Both the position numbers and the translations under genes were made by a program. Below, piece by piece: positions 15,451 to 35,785 of a stretch of DNA of 64,000 nt. A model generated the notes under the pieces. It ran no database searches, had not been told where the DNA came from, and saw nothing but the letters and a program-made list of their open reading frames with translations. This DNA is from the human T2T-CHM13v2.0 reference genome, Homo sapiens: the NCBI RefSeq assembly GCF_009914755.1, contig NC_060930.1; one strand, written 5' to 3'. How positions within the stretch are numbered: position 1 is the first letter of the stretch; the number at the start of each line of letters is the position of its first letter.

Positions 15451-15664
15451 GAGATGTGGGGAGGAAAAGGGAAAAGATTTAATGGCTTATCTCAATTTGT
15501 CATAGGTATAGAGGATACAGATATACAAAATTTCCTTTTGTTTTCTATCATTTTGTTTTTCTAAAAACATATTCTTGAAAAGGTTCTAAAAGTTGTTTTT
15601 TATATCCTTGATTCAACCTTTTGGCATGCTGATCCTGCTTTTAACTGACTTGAACAAACTAACA

Positions 15665-16026
15665 CGTATTAGTTTGCTAGAACCACAGGCAGGGGGGGCT
15701 TAAACAATAAAAAATTATTTTCTCACTATTCTGGAAAAATCCAAGATCAAGCTATTGGCAGGGCTGGTTTCTTCTGAAGCCTCTCTGAGGCTTATAGATG
15801 GTTGTCTTTCCCTGTGTCTTCACATGGACTTCCCTTAGTACATGTCTGTGTCCCAATTTCCGCTTTAATAAAGACACTTGTGATATTGGATTACGGTCCA
15901 ACTTAATGACCTCATTTTAACTTAATTACTTCTTTAAAGGCCCTATTCAAATATAGTCACATTCTGAAGTAGTGGGGTTAGGATTTCAACAGGTGAGTTT
16001 TGAACAGACACAATTCAGCCTATACC
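15665..16026 (-). mobile_element. MLT1-type solo LTR, reverse orientation, internally deleted
   Basis: gtattagtttgctag...ggcttaaacaa...taatgacctcattttaactt...aattcagcctatac. Confidence 0.8.
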
Positions 16027-17302
16027 AGAGGGTATTATTGAATTTTTGTTTTCCAGACATTATTACTCATATCAATTATTAACCTTTAAATAAGGCTATT
16101 AATTCTGTTCTCAGGTGTTAAGAGTTTCCTTTACAACTATAATGTTCCCCTCCTGTTAAGTTCCAAAATCTTTCCAAAGAGCCCATAAGTTTTAACTCAA
16201 TATTAAATTAGAATATATCTATGAATACCCAATATTTGTCAACAGGCAGTATATATTAAATTCTCCTTGGTCCTACTTTACTGTTTACTTGGAATTAATA
16301 GGATGCATCTCCCAAATTGCAACATGGAGGGTAGGTTGGCATGCAGAGTACGTTACTAAATCTCCATTGCCCAGACCCCAATAAATCCCTGTAATATGGC
16401 TCTAGTGGACTGAGGAAGAAGTATCTCCTGCTCCCTCTCGACTAGGCAGACTGAAGCAGTCAGTAGTACTTTGACTAGAAGCAATAATTCCTTAATTGCC
16501 TGTTGCCCTGCTGCCAAGATTCTCTCTCTGTTCTTTGCTACAGCTATTAATGCCAATCAACTTAAGGCCATACTGTGTTAATGAAAATCTAGAGTCTCTG
16601 GATGGATAACGAAGGAGAAACAATTCGAGAATGAAAATAAATACAAACGATCTCCACAGCTAGAGAAAACAGTTCCCACTCAATTGTTAGTTTCAGGAGT
16701 GAATGGGAAGTTGATAAAGGTGTGGGGTCTCAGCTTCTGTCCACCATATGCATTGGTTAAAGGAAAGTCACCCTAGAATCTGCAACAGTTCATTATTATA
16801 CATAGTTTCTAATGCAGTTATAATTTTTTGGCATGTATATACATTCAAGCATTGTTTCCTGTACATTGTCTTTTTCTTCATTAAATGGATATAATACCTA
16901 TATTTTTCCATCACATGGGAGGGAAATTTCGAGGAGGAAAACTGAGAGACTGTAACAGAAAGTACTTTGAAAAAGTGCTATATAAATGTTATTTTATAAC
17001 AAAGGTATAGATGTTATTATTTAACAAATATTTTTTGACCACCTAATATGTACAAGGTAATATTATCATTTTTTATGTGAACAAAAGAAATTTATCCCAG
17101 TTTCACAAAGTTTACAATTAAAGGGGAGACATCCTTTTTAAACATATGACCCTCTTTGCTTGGTAGAAATTATATTGGCTTTACTATATTTGCAAGTACT
17201 TCAGACTTACATTGAAACAGCAGAATTCCAAAACACCATATCCCTGGAAGAATGCTGAGCTATGAGTCATAAATTTTAATCTCTGAGCAAGTAACTTCTG
17301 TA

Positions 17303-17592
17303 TTTTTTTTTTTGAGACAGTCTCACTCCATCACCCAGGCTGGAGTGCAGTGGTGCAATCTCAGCTCACTGCAACCTCTGCCTCCTGAGTTCAAATGATT
17401 CTCATGCCTCAGCCTCTTGAGTAGGTGGGATTACAGGTGTGTGCCAAGACCCCAGCTAATTTTTGTACTTTTAGTAGAGACAGGGTTTCACCATGTTGGT
17501 CAGGCTGGTCTCAAACTCCTGACCTCAAGTGATCCATCCATCTCAGCCTCCCAAAGTGGTGGGATTACCTGCATGAACCACCACACCTGGCC
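17303..17592 (-). mobile_element. Alu (S-type) with TSD
   Basis: TSD acttctgtattttt at 17294-17307 and 17593-17606. Confidence 0.96.
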
Positions 17593-18518
17593 ACTTCTGT
17601 ATTTTTATAAAGTTCTGCAAATCAACTGACAACCTAGAATTCTAATAGGACAGAAGAAATAGTATGTGTCCAAACAAACATGATGTAGTTTTTTCTTTAA
17701 CAATTATTATGGAATTTTTAAAAACATATATAAAGGAAGATAGAATAGTACATGAACTAGACAATTTCAAATTTTGCTTGGTTGATTTGTGTCTTAAGTT
17801 ACTTTTCTCCTATAGGTTCCCCTCCTTTCCTCCATCCCTTTCTCCTACTAAAGATGTTTCCTCCAACTGCATAATATTCCATTGTAGATAAACCACAATT
17901 TATTCAATCAAGCCCCATTCATGGACATTTGCAGTGTTTCTAGTCTTTAGATACTATAAAGAATACTATAATAACATATTTGTGGATACGTATTTTCAAA
18001 TTTTTTTCCCAGTGTATTCCTCGGTTAGAGCTCTACAAATGAGTCTGCTGTGTTAAACAATAAATAGACATGTAATTCTGCCAGAAAATGACAAATTACC
18101 ATTTATATGTCTCAAAAATACATTATTACATTTTCAAAAACGATCAGTTGAGTCTTTATATTCACTGGAAAAAAATGCTATTATCAATAGTAATGAAATG
18201 GGCTTATAAAGAAAGTGAAACAAATGAATTTTGTTTTATGGTAAACCACCATTCCATAAATAATATAGAACTAATTACACTTTAAGACATTTAAATAGCT
18301 TTTTAGGTTTGTAAGGAAGGAAAATCACTTGCACAATATGCATTGAAATCTACCACAGCTTTCCTAGGCAATTTTGTTCTTGAACCATACTTAACATTAT
18401 GCCAGAGGACATTAAGATGCCACACTGAGGTGCACATTATTTTATCTGAGGTAAATTATTCCTCCTTGTAACTAGAATTAAAAAACAATCTTCAAAGGTT
18501 CTCATAAGAACATTACAT

Positions 18519-21349
<2,831 letters not shown>

Positions 21350-21847
21350 CATTAAGTCAAAAAAGTTTGGTTAAAACAATTACCTACAGATGCTTGATTA
21401 AGCCAAAATAGGTATGATTTATAAATGATAAAGTTTTCTGATTCAAAGACACTATTTTTAACAACTCCTCTGGCTTCATCTGCTTTCATCATAGAAGAAG
21501 TACCAGTAAAGTAAGGAAGAAAACTAACTTTGGAATAAAAGTGGTTTCAAGTCCTTACACTATCGGAATGACCTCCGCAAGTCAATTCACTTCATTGATC
21601 GTGAATTTCTCCATGTGTCACACAATAAAGGTTAAAATTTTAAATGAAAAAAGAACCACTCTTTATACTATGAAGCAACATGAAAAACGTAAGACTATTT
21701 CTGTTGCACTTCTAGGCAAAACACTGTGTCAGAAAATCAAGGGACCTGAAGTGAGGCACATATATATCCATACCTTTAAAGATCTTCAACTAAAAAGAGC
21801 AAGACAAAGAATACAAATAATGCACATGTGTTTCTACTAAAAGAGGG

Positions 21848-21890
21848 GTACAGAAGCAGTGTACAAAGTGTGTACAAAGCAGTGTACAAA
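21848..21890. repeat. Short imperfect tandem repeat of gtgtacaaagca-like units
   Basis: gtacagaagcagtgtacaaagtgtgtacaaagcagtgtacaaa. Confidence 0.7.
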
Positions 21891-23146
21891 CACAGAGCAA
21901 AATCATCCACTTGTATATGATCCAGGATATTTCCATTTGGACATATATTAAAGGATAAGTACTGACAAGCAAAAATAACTCACAGGAAGGGAGAAGGTAT
22001 CATCTCAAGGCGCAACATCCAAAACATGAAGAGAGTGAAGACATACACATTTATAAAGACATATGCCTTTATAAATCTGACTCTGAACAAGGGCCATGCC
22101 CAGCATTCATATCCTGCTTTGCATTTGTATAATTTTACATTTTCAAAAAGCAATGTGTCACAAAAAAATAATGAAACAGTTTTCTATAATCCTGCTTTCA
22201 TAATAGGGGGAAAAAGAGCAAATGAGAAAATCCATGCAGGTTTTTATACTTTATATCCAGGGGATTATCTGTGTTAGCCTAATTGTTGACATAGTACAAT
22301 ATAATAATCAAAGATGTGCAGGATAGTGACTCCAAGGAATTATAAAAGATGAATCATTAAAGATACATGGTACTTCTTAAGCCAGGAAAATGAACAAAAT
22401 ACAGTAAGACTTTTTTTAACAGAAGATAAAATTGGTCATAAAGTTAATTAGAATATGTGATTTTCTGTTGCTCATTTAAAAATAATATATATTCAAATTT
22501 CTATTTTCTTTCCAAACTTAGTAATTACCAAAAGAAACTATACAACAAATATGCATTTCTTGCTACATTTAATTTTTTGTACTCTAGTTGAGCTTATTTT
22601 TACTTTAGAGATCTGTGTATTTCATTTAGCAATCTGCCTACAAATCCTTCACTAATCAACCAATTCCTCAGTGCCTAAAAATACACAACTTCAAAAAGCA
22701 CTGCTTCTAATTAGATCAAAATGAATAAGGTATGAAATTTGTATCCAAATAATTACTTAATCACATATACCCACTTAGTTACTTAAAAGCTGTTTTCATA
22801 TTTTATAATTAGCAATAAAATGGTAAATAATATCAACAGAGCAATGATACGATTTCTTAAGACAGATTAACTCACATGGGGAGTCATTAAAAGGACATTT
22901 TTACATTACCTTAAAAGAAAGAATAGCATTACTGTTTCAAAATAATGAAGTGGTTGTTATTAAATAAATCTGCTATTTGTATGTAGTTTCAAACTAATAC
23001 AAATATATAAAACTGATAAAGATATATCCAATTACTAGATGGATAGTCTCTTTTTAATCACTAAATTAATATAGCAGGGCTTGAGGTATAGCAAGGTTTT
23101 CCCATAGTCTTTGTTAGTCAAGTTTTAAATTAAAGAGTATATGGTA

Positions 23147-26864
<3,718 letters not shown>

Positions 26865-27289
26865 AAAGAGTATATGGTAGAGATTTATAAATTATTGGAT
26901 GCTTTAGACAATACACATTACACTAACGTAGATTAGAAAAGCAAAAGGGAACTCTCAGGAAGATACTGTTCCCAGTTGAGCTTTTTAGAAGAATAGAAAG
27001 AATTGATTATTGAGCTTATGGTAAATGTTTAAACAACTGCCTCTGACTAGACTTAAAAAATTTTGTGATTTAAAGTTCTAAAAAATGTTTTAGGTATATA
27101 TAGCAAGAGCAAAAATTGGCCAAGGAAGAGTATTCCTTTACACTACATGCAATTCATTGCTATATTTAAATTTCTTATTAACTTCAGAAAGTTTAAAATA
27201 GGAAGAATAATCTCATACAAATAAATTTAATAAATGATATAAAGTTTCTTCAAAATAAATATGAAAGCTCATATCATAATATCAAGAAA

Positions 27290-28640
27290 AACTACTGTCT
27301 AATTAAGTGGAAAAGATTCCCTATAGGATAAATCTAAGGAATGCAAGGATATTTTACTATTAAGAAGTCTATTACTGTATCACATAAAAATATCAAAGAA
27401 GTCCCAGGATCAACTTAATCTTAATCATAGAATATATTGGTGAAATTCAACACTATAATTTAATTAAAAGAAATGAGATAAAATTCAATACTTTAGAAAC
27501 CAAGACTGGAAGGATTCTTCTATAGCACTGATGTAGAATAATTCTCTCTAATAGACTCTACTTAACGATAACATGCTGGATAAATTCTCAATAATTCAAG
27601 TCTAAAACATATAAACAATTATGTAGAATTATTTTGGAAGAACTAGATAATTTAATAAAAATAAAATGAAACAAAGTACATTAACATTACAAAGATGGAG
27701 AAGATAAGTAAGTTGACACAAGTCTAGAAAAAATATAACAATGAATATAAAAAGATATATATTTAGTAATTATTAACCATAGGCAAAGAGAAAATAAAAT
27801 TGAAACAGATCTCAAACTACACTCACTGGCAATATCTGTAATGAGAAATGTACCATATCCATGTGGAAAAAGAAATGGTTTTACTAGATATGATACAGAA
27901 CAAACAAATGGAAAAGCTTACTATCTTCCTAGATAGACTGAGTATAATAACACAATTTTTCTCCAAGTAATTTATAATTTAACATAATAGCAATCTAAGT
28001 CTGATCCAAATTTAAATGGCCAGTTTAAATTGAGCAAACTCATCTCAAAGTATATGTAGTATATACAGAAATAGTTAATTAACTTTTTAGAGGAAAGTAG
28101 AAAGTAAATGATAGGCTTATTCTTACTCAACATTAAGACATAATACAAAGTTACAATAAGTAATATATAATTTAGGAATTGAAGCAATTTGGACAGTTGT
28201 TGCTACTTTAAAATATCTACAAATCAATAAGAAACACTCTAAGATAGGTGGGCAATTAATGACATTCAATTAGTTAACAAAATTATGGACATATCATTAA
28301 ACTTACTAATGTTCAAAGAAACACAAAATTTTTAAAAGGGTAACAATTTTCACCTATTAAATTAGTGATTATTTTTGAAAAAACCAAATACCCAAACATG
28401 AAGAATAGGGACAGTCTTCATTTCCGTTAGGAGAATAAAATCAAATTCATTTGATAATATGAGTCACGAGCCTTAAAACTATTAATAGTTACAACTTTAG
28501 ATGAAGTATCTCTGCTCTCTCAGACCCTGACCTAAAGATTTAATTCTAAAGAGAGATGAAGGTTTAAACCCTACAATATTAATTTTAGCCTAATTATAAC
28601 ATAGTGAAGCAACAATGCACACCTCCACCAACGAAGGACT
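27290..28640 (+). mobile_element. Highly degraded old L1M ORF2/3' fragment
   Basis: A-rich sequence with relic L1 motifs (ggaatgcaaggat..., aaattcaa, aaatcaataagaaa, ttcacctattaaattag). Boundaries approximate. Confidence 0.55.
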
Positions 28641-29148
28641 GGCTATACACAGAAAGAAGGATCTGTGGCTGTATATGACCACCAAGGTTGTGCACTGTGT
28701 AACTTGAGGCCCTAGAAAAAAACATTAAGCCTTCCTAGATCCCGACAGTAGAAACCAAGCTGAGGCATACAGGTTAATCCGCGGGGATTTTTTGTTAGAT
28801 AAGACACAGTATATCATATACAAAACAATGCTGGTAAGAATTCTTGCCCTCTGTTACCTCAGTTAATCACTGGCATTACAAAGCAAGTATTACCATCTCC
28901 ATTAAAAAGCCTACATGTCATACAGACTTTCAGAAGGTCTATGCCCTGAATAGCTGAAATTCTGTGAATGGTAGAAAGCATTATAAAGCAAACTTACATC
29001 ATAACAGGCCTGGGGAGAAAAGCTAGCTTGAGGATTTTAAATACACTTTTATTAATTTAAAGGTATTTCCTTATTTGATGAGAACACAGTTTTATTTGAA
29101 GACACTGAGATAAAGGAGTTGGAGAAATGCTACTCCCTTATGGATTAC

Positions 29149-29289
29149 CTGTGATGGTGCAAAACCAGACATGTGAAAAGCTGAAAACACAAGAGGCAAC
29201 TCAGCCTTCAGTAGCATTTCAATATAATGGGTGCTGCAAAAATATACTGGATGGATGCCAGATTCTACAGTGTCATTAGGAAGGTAACT
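29149..29289 (-). CDS. TBC1D32: TBC1D32 coding exon (3rd from last), 141 nt, phase 0-0
   Basis: ttttatgcAG|AGTTAC...TCACAG|GTaatc. Translates [47 protein letters not shown]; lies within track ORF 29092..29295. Confidence 0.93.
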
Positions 29290-32200
29290 CTGCATAAAAG
29301 AGAAAAATTAAAAATTTTATTAATTTTATTATTTAATAAATATAGATCATTTAAAATAATCCAACATACCTATTTTCCTTTTGCTGTAAATTGCTGCTTC
29401 AAAATTAATATGGTGGCATAACAAATCACTGTAAATAAAATTATGTAAAGTAAAAAGTCAGAATGTTAAACAGTGTTGAAAGAAGAAATTTTGATAAAGG
29501 CAGTGTTATATACCTTCCAAGACTCAGGAAAAAAGTTAATAATTTATAATCTTGGCAACTTAAATCCTTGTGGAAAGATGAGGAGGGCTGTTACATGAAA
29601 GAATAAATACACATATAAGTGAGTACACGAGTAATACTTTACATTTTAATACTAAGTGTACTGAAATATGCTTAATATTCTTGGCTTTGGCCAATGATTC
29701 TATAATGTCAAAGGATTTTAGCTTTGTCAGCTGTTGAAGATATTTGCATTGTACCCTTTACTATGTTGATATTAGCCTAAATCTGACCCTGAATTAATAA
29801 TAATTCAAATTGGGAATGATTTGAGAAACTCATCTCTAAAACTGGGAAAGAAGTGCACAAGGCATTCCCATCAAGGTTCTCAGGCCAACTATTTTGTATA
29901 AAATTTATGTTTATTTCCATATAATTTTATATTGATAGTTACTTATATATATGTGAATATATACACACATCTATATTTACAAACATATTGTTTATTTTTT
30001 CAATTTAGTTCTTAGGCACAATTTATCATTGCAAATGATCAATAATGTACTGTGTATTACTATAAAGCCAACATATACCCATAATAATTGTTTTTTAACA
30101 AAGAGTAATAAACCTGAAGATACAATTTTAGGTAAAGAAAAACTGTTCAACTAGCAATTATATCAACAAAAAAAGTTAATCAAATTAGATCTGAAGACTT
30201 TACATAGTTAAAAGACTGCCAAAAAGGCATCTTATCTTCTTGCTTTTACTGGACAAATCTTATTTTCAAACTTTTTAAATAAAGTTAATGCTTTTAAATT
30301 AAAACAAATTAAACTCATAGCAATTATATGAGTTGAAATACAGAAGATTTATGTAAAGCCTTATTGCTAATGCTAGGATGCTTTTAAGAATTTAGGTTTG
30401 AGTTATACACTAAAGTTTCTGAAATCAGCAAGTTGATTTACAGTGGTTTTTCGGTTTTATCATTCATCATAAATGACTTATTTCACATTGCAGAAATATA
30501 TATTTGTAGAAACATAAATATTTATGTAAATGTATATTTATGAAGGTTTCTCCAGGAGATACCTCACAGCACTTGAAAAAAACATTATTTTTGTGCATTA
30601 ATGAATGAAGCATAGCACAGTAAATGGATATCTTGTAGCCAACTTTATATCGATATGTAGAACAAAAAGAAAACTTTTTACTGAGTTGTTAAAATAATAA
30701 TATGGACTGAATGAGAAACAGTATCCATTGATTTATCTTCTTTTGTGAAATATTGCAATGTGTTTCACTAATGACTATTTGTAGAATGACTAAATCTAAT
30801 AGGCATATATGAAAACAAAAATCAACTCATAAGTGTATTTTAGTTTTTCCATGCAAACTTAGGTAATAATTTTCTGAATACATGTCTAATAGTAGCATAA
30901 GAGTTCTATGTATAGGAAATGATTCATATGCAGTGTCTTTTCTAGGCTACATTAGAAATACCTTTAGAGTAGGTCCATTAAGAGATAAAGACAATAGATT
31001 TATTAATTATATTTTCAAGGAAAATAAGTTATTGTTATGTAATGGACTCCCTGAATTGAGGTAAGAGTTCTTCTACTCTTATAAATTAGACTCTGTTGGA
31101 AGAAAGTTTGCCATACTTTGTGGTAACACAGCTCCTGATACCAAGCCTTGCATAGAATAGATGCTCAACATATTATTGACTGAATGCCAAGAAGAAAATA
31201 CACTAATGATTGCACACACAGACTGCACAGTATGCAATCATTAGTGTTTTTTCTTTTTGTCATAAAGTAAGCTCACTTATATAAAAAGTTTCATTAGTTG
31301 GTCTATTAATTACCATTTCATGCCTCTATTTTACAGTAAACATTGTTCATAAAACTAGATCAATAGTGAGAGCTCTAAGTCACATGAATATAATACGAGG
31401 TCTTCTGAATCATCAAATGATAAATTGTTTATTATACTTATAGAGTTTTGATGTAATTTGTTTATCACTCTCTGAAAGGACAGTAACTCTCTGTCCTGTT
31501 TACCACTCTCTGAAAAGACAGTCACCACTCTCTGAAAGGACAGTAACTCTTTATCATTCAGAATATTGGATTAATGGAACACATGCAGGACAACAGCATT
31601 TAGCATCATCTAATTAATAGTCTAATATATAAACTACGCTAAGACAAAGTGCAAAAAAATTGTCAATAAAGACATTGGCTTTGAGATCCTAGAAAGTGAC
31701 ATAACATGAAGCAAGGACTTTACAACAAAACACTCTTCAGAATACTGTATATTACTTTAGTGATTAATAATAAAAGATTTATGCTTAAAAAAAAACATAA
31801 CAGTCTTAGTTTTTTTTCTTCCATTATAGATCTTTTGGGGAGTCATTTTATTCCTGATATTAAGAAAAAAACTAGTTCTACTTTGCTATGAAAATTAAAT
31901 AGAAAGACCCCATTAGAAAGATTTGAAACTCTCCAATTCAAATGGATTCAGTCTAGTCTGGTCCAGTCTAGTCCTCCATCTTTCAGACTTTGTGGGCTAA
32001 GGATGTGCCACGCTTTACAGCAATGTTGTAGTTAACTTGTGCATCATGCATAGAGGTAAACAAAAAATTTTGCAGATTTTTTAAAACTTTGATTCTATAA
32101 TTCTAGATAATATCAATCTTTCTCCTCTCAGAAAAAAATGGGAAAACTGAATCGGCAAATATGATTAAGACTTATAGTCACATATAAGAAAGGGAAGGGG

Positions 32201-33106
32201 TTTTACACTAGACATCTTTCCTACAAGTGATTGGTCACATGGCTTACATTTGTTGATGTTCTACAAAGGGGTAACAAGTATGTCATGCCATTCTAATAAC
32301 TGTAAAATTTAAATGTAAATTTATACTTGAATACAATTAGAATTTTTAAATCCACGAACTTTCTGAACTAGGTAATTGTTATTTTAAGAAGAGTAAGGGA
32401 AGGCTTCTGTAGTGATTACCCTACATTATAACTATTGCATGAATTTCCTGTTGAACTATATTACTTCATTTGAGCATTACTTTAGCCTGATTTATCATAA
32501 GTGGAGTTTTGTTTGTATGTGCATGTAAAATACTCTGGTTTTTATTTCAGTTTAATTAGATTTCCTTTTTCATATGCTTTTACAGAGAAAGGAAATTTAT
32601 GATCACTACTTTAATTTATTCTTTGAAATTAGATATTTCTACTATGAAAATAATTTCCTGATTTTTTAAAATATATCATTTTATTAATGGCTTCAATGTT
32701 AACAACTGGCCAAACTCTGATTCTTGATCAAACTCCATAAAGAATAACTATTTCAACATTTACAAAGTTTTTTTCTTAGTAGCAAAGAATAATTGAAGAT
32801 AATTTAATTAAATCAATACATTAAAGGGTTCTTCCGGTGTAAATGATTTCAAAGGATAATTTTTCAAACTATTTTTATCTCATATGAGTAATATAGTCAT
32901 AGTTTATAAAATTTTAAGAACTTCAAATTAATTTTTCATTACTTCCTGTTTTGCTTATCCTAAGCTTATTTTTTTTTAAACCTTTTTAAGGTCATTTGTT
33001 TACAACATTCTTATGAATGCAGGGGATCTAATATCTTTCAAATACATTTTCTAGAGTAATAAAAGCTTACAGATCCTTACATATTTCTATTAAAATATTA
33101 ATTTAT

Positions 33107-33438
<332 letters not shown>

Positions 33439-33699
33439 TTATTGAGTGATTACTATGGGCCTATAGTTTGGGACACATCTATGAACAAAACAGAAAACTG
33501 TTTTCAAAGGACTTTCATTAAGTGTACAGATAGATAAATAAATATTAGGACTTGATATAGGCTATAAAAAAGGTAAAAAAATAGGACAGGGTAATGAGGT
33601 TGGGGTAAGTAGAATTGAGGAAATAGGTTGATTTCTTTTGAGGTTGATTACAATAATGTGAGGCTGAGCTAAAGAAGGTAGACAAGTTTGTACTATCAA

Positions 33700-35008
33700 C
33701 AGCTATAGCCAATGTGTCTGTCACCATGCTGCAGATTTGTTCATATTATCAAATTGCATAGAAACCATCACCACAATGTTTGAGACAATGGAACAAATGA
33801 AATAGAAAAGGTATCACTTTTAAATAATATATTAAGACTTACTGAATGTACTATCAAGTCAAGTGACATAGGGGAAATAGCAATTCAAAAGATTGTTAGT
33901 CAAAAACATTTATACTGTCGTATAAATGTAAGATATTAGTAGCAGCACTTAGCTAACAGTTCTAGATAGAATTCCTGTCGAGGAATCTTAACAGCATGTC
34001 ATCTGTTTTACAAAGAAGCATCAAAACAAACTACTGGTAATAAAACATTCAACTTGATGTATTTGTAATTGAAAAGAAAAAATGATGCTACGGAAGGCAC
34101 TGCATTAAGTCTTCACTGACAGTGTAGCTGCATCAGTAGAAAGGTGTCAAGGCTTTACATCAAGAGATCATTCCGAAAACCCCGAGCCAGTAATGTGTCA
34201 CTCCCTTCCATTCATATATTCCATATTCAATGATGCTATCAAAATGGTAAGTCAAATAAAATTCAAGCTGCTGGAGTCCTGCTTGTTTTCAGTTTTATAG
34301 AAAGAAATGCTATCAGAACACAAGATCATTGATGTTATGAAAAAAAGTACGATTTTATAGGCTCAAAGTATAAATGCAACTTTACAAAATTATGGTTCAA
34401 TATGATTCACTGGTGATGTTTAGATGGTGTCATAATCTGAACACTAAAGGCAGAACTGTTAAGACTAGTGGAATGTAGACATTACTTTAAAATATTTCAC
34501 AGAAGAATGAATGATTGGACACAAAATCCATACCCATTATCAAAAGATTTTCAACATTACATTTGAAAGTGAAAAAGAGAAAAGGCTGTTAGATTTTTTA
34601 AAATCTTCAAGTACAGTTTAAAGGAATAGAATTACTCAAATTCTGGTTAACAGCAGGAAAATAGTTCTACTGATTGCAGAAAAACTAGTGCATGCTTTTT
34701 TTGCCATTAGTTTCTCTGTGTTCATGGGAGGAAAATTTCTCATTATGGTGAAGAACAAGAATTGGATGATCTTTTTAAGTAACTGTATATAGCTACTTGA
34801 AGCATAACATTATAAAATTTTAATATTTATTGTATTCCATGATGAATTGATTTTATTTTCCTTATCACAAATATATATTGTAAAAAACACCTAATGAATA
34901 TTTTCATCTCCACATAGATACTTGCCAATCTCCTTAGTTTATCCTTGACTGTCATGTGATTTCACTGTCCAAATGCAACATGTCATGGAAAAGGTTTGAG
35001 AAACATTA
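33700..35008 (+). mobile_element. Decayed hAT/Charlie-like DNA transposon (transposase relic)
   Basis: Composition and motifs resemble a Charlie internal sequence, ending in gaaaaggtttgagaaacatt, a Charlie/MER5-type terminus. Family not certain. Confidence 0.5.
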
Positions 35009-35630
35009 GCATAGCTGATATTTTTGGCAGTTTCCCCTAGTTGGAAATCTTAACAGCAAGCAATAAACAAATAAATAAAATAAACATAAACATTATAAAT
35101 TGATTGAAGGATATACTTACCTCTAAAGTAACCTCTGAGATTGCATAAGACTAGTAAAATCTTTTAAAATACATTACGATACTTTAATAAACACTCAGTA
35201 TAGATTTACAAAATGTATATAATTTTCTATAGAAAATAGTTACAATATCTTCCTAATAAATGATTTTCTTATACCATAATCAGCCAGAGATTCTTTTTAA
35301 CCAAGCAACAATACAAAACACAAGTCAATAGTTCTCTTTTTAGGTGCAGAATTTAACTGATATATCTATCATTTTAATTTCATTATCATGTTTCTACTTC
35401 ATGAAAATGCTTCTAATATAAATCATTCAGTTACTATTAGGTAAGACACCAAGTATTTGAGAAAATATCAAATCTATATAATCAAAGAGAATTAGTCAAA
35501 AAACATTCAAGTAGAAAAATGAGTATAATTTATTACAAAGTCCTTCACAAATAAAATTATGCCCCAGTGAATGTAAGTATAATGTTCTTAAAATTTCAAA
35601 CCCTCCTTTAAAAACAGATTGAAGTCTTAC

Positions 35631-35785
35631 AGAAATATGTAGCCTTGGCAACCAAAGAAAAGCAGAAGTCAGAAGCCTGGAGAATTGATGAAGAAATTGG
35701 AATGTTTTTTCTTTGTCTCCCAACATTATCATGAACAGAGAAGATACAAACCAGTCATGGCCAGCATAATTCCCTTGCAGGCAGA
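35631..35785 (-). CDS. TBC1D32: TBC1D32 coding exon (4th from last), 155 nt, phase 1-0
   Basis: tttttcAG|TCTGCC...ATTTCT|GTaaga. Translates (L)[51 protein letters not shown]; overlaps track ORF 35496..35732. Confidence 0.93.

Noticed and set aside
31459-31550. CRISPR-like repeat-spacer array (also considered for 48520-49040)
   Set aside because: Primate genomic context, irregular or absent spacers, no cas genes. Explained by slippage and by L1 monomers.
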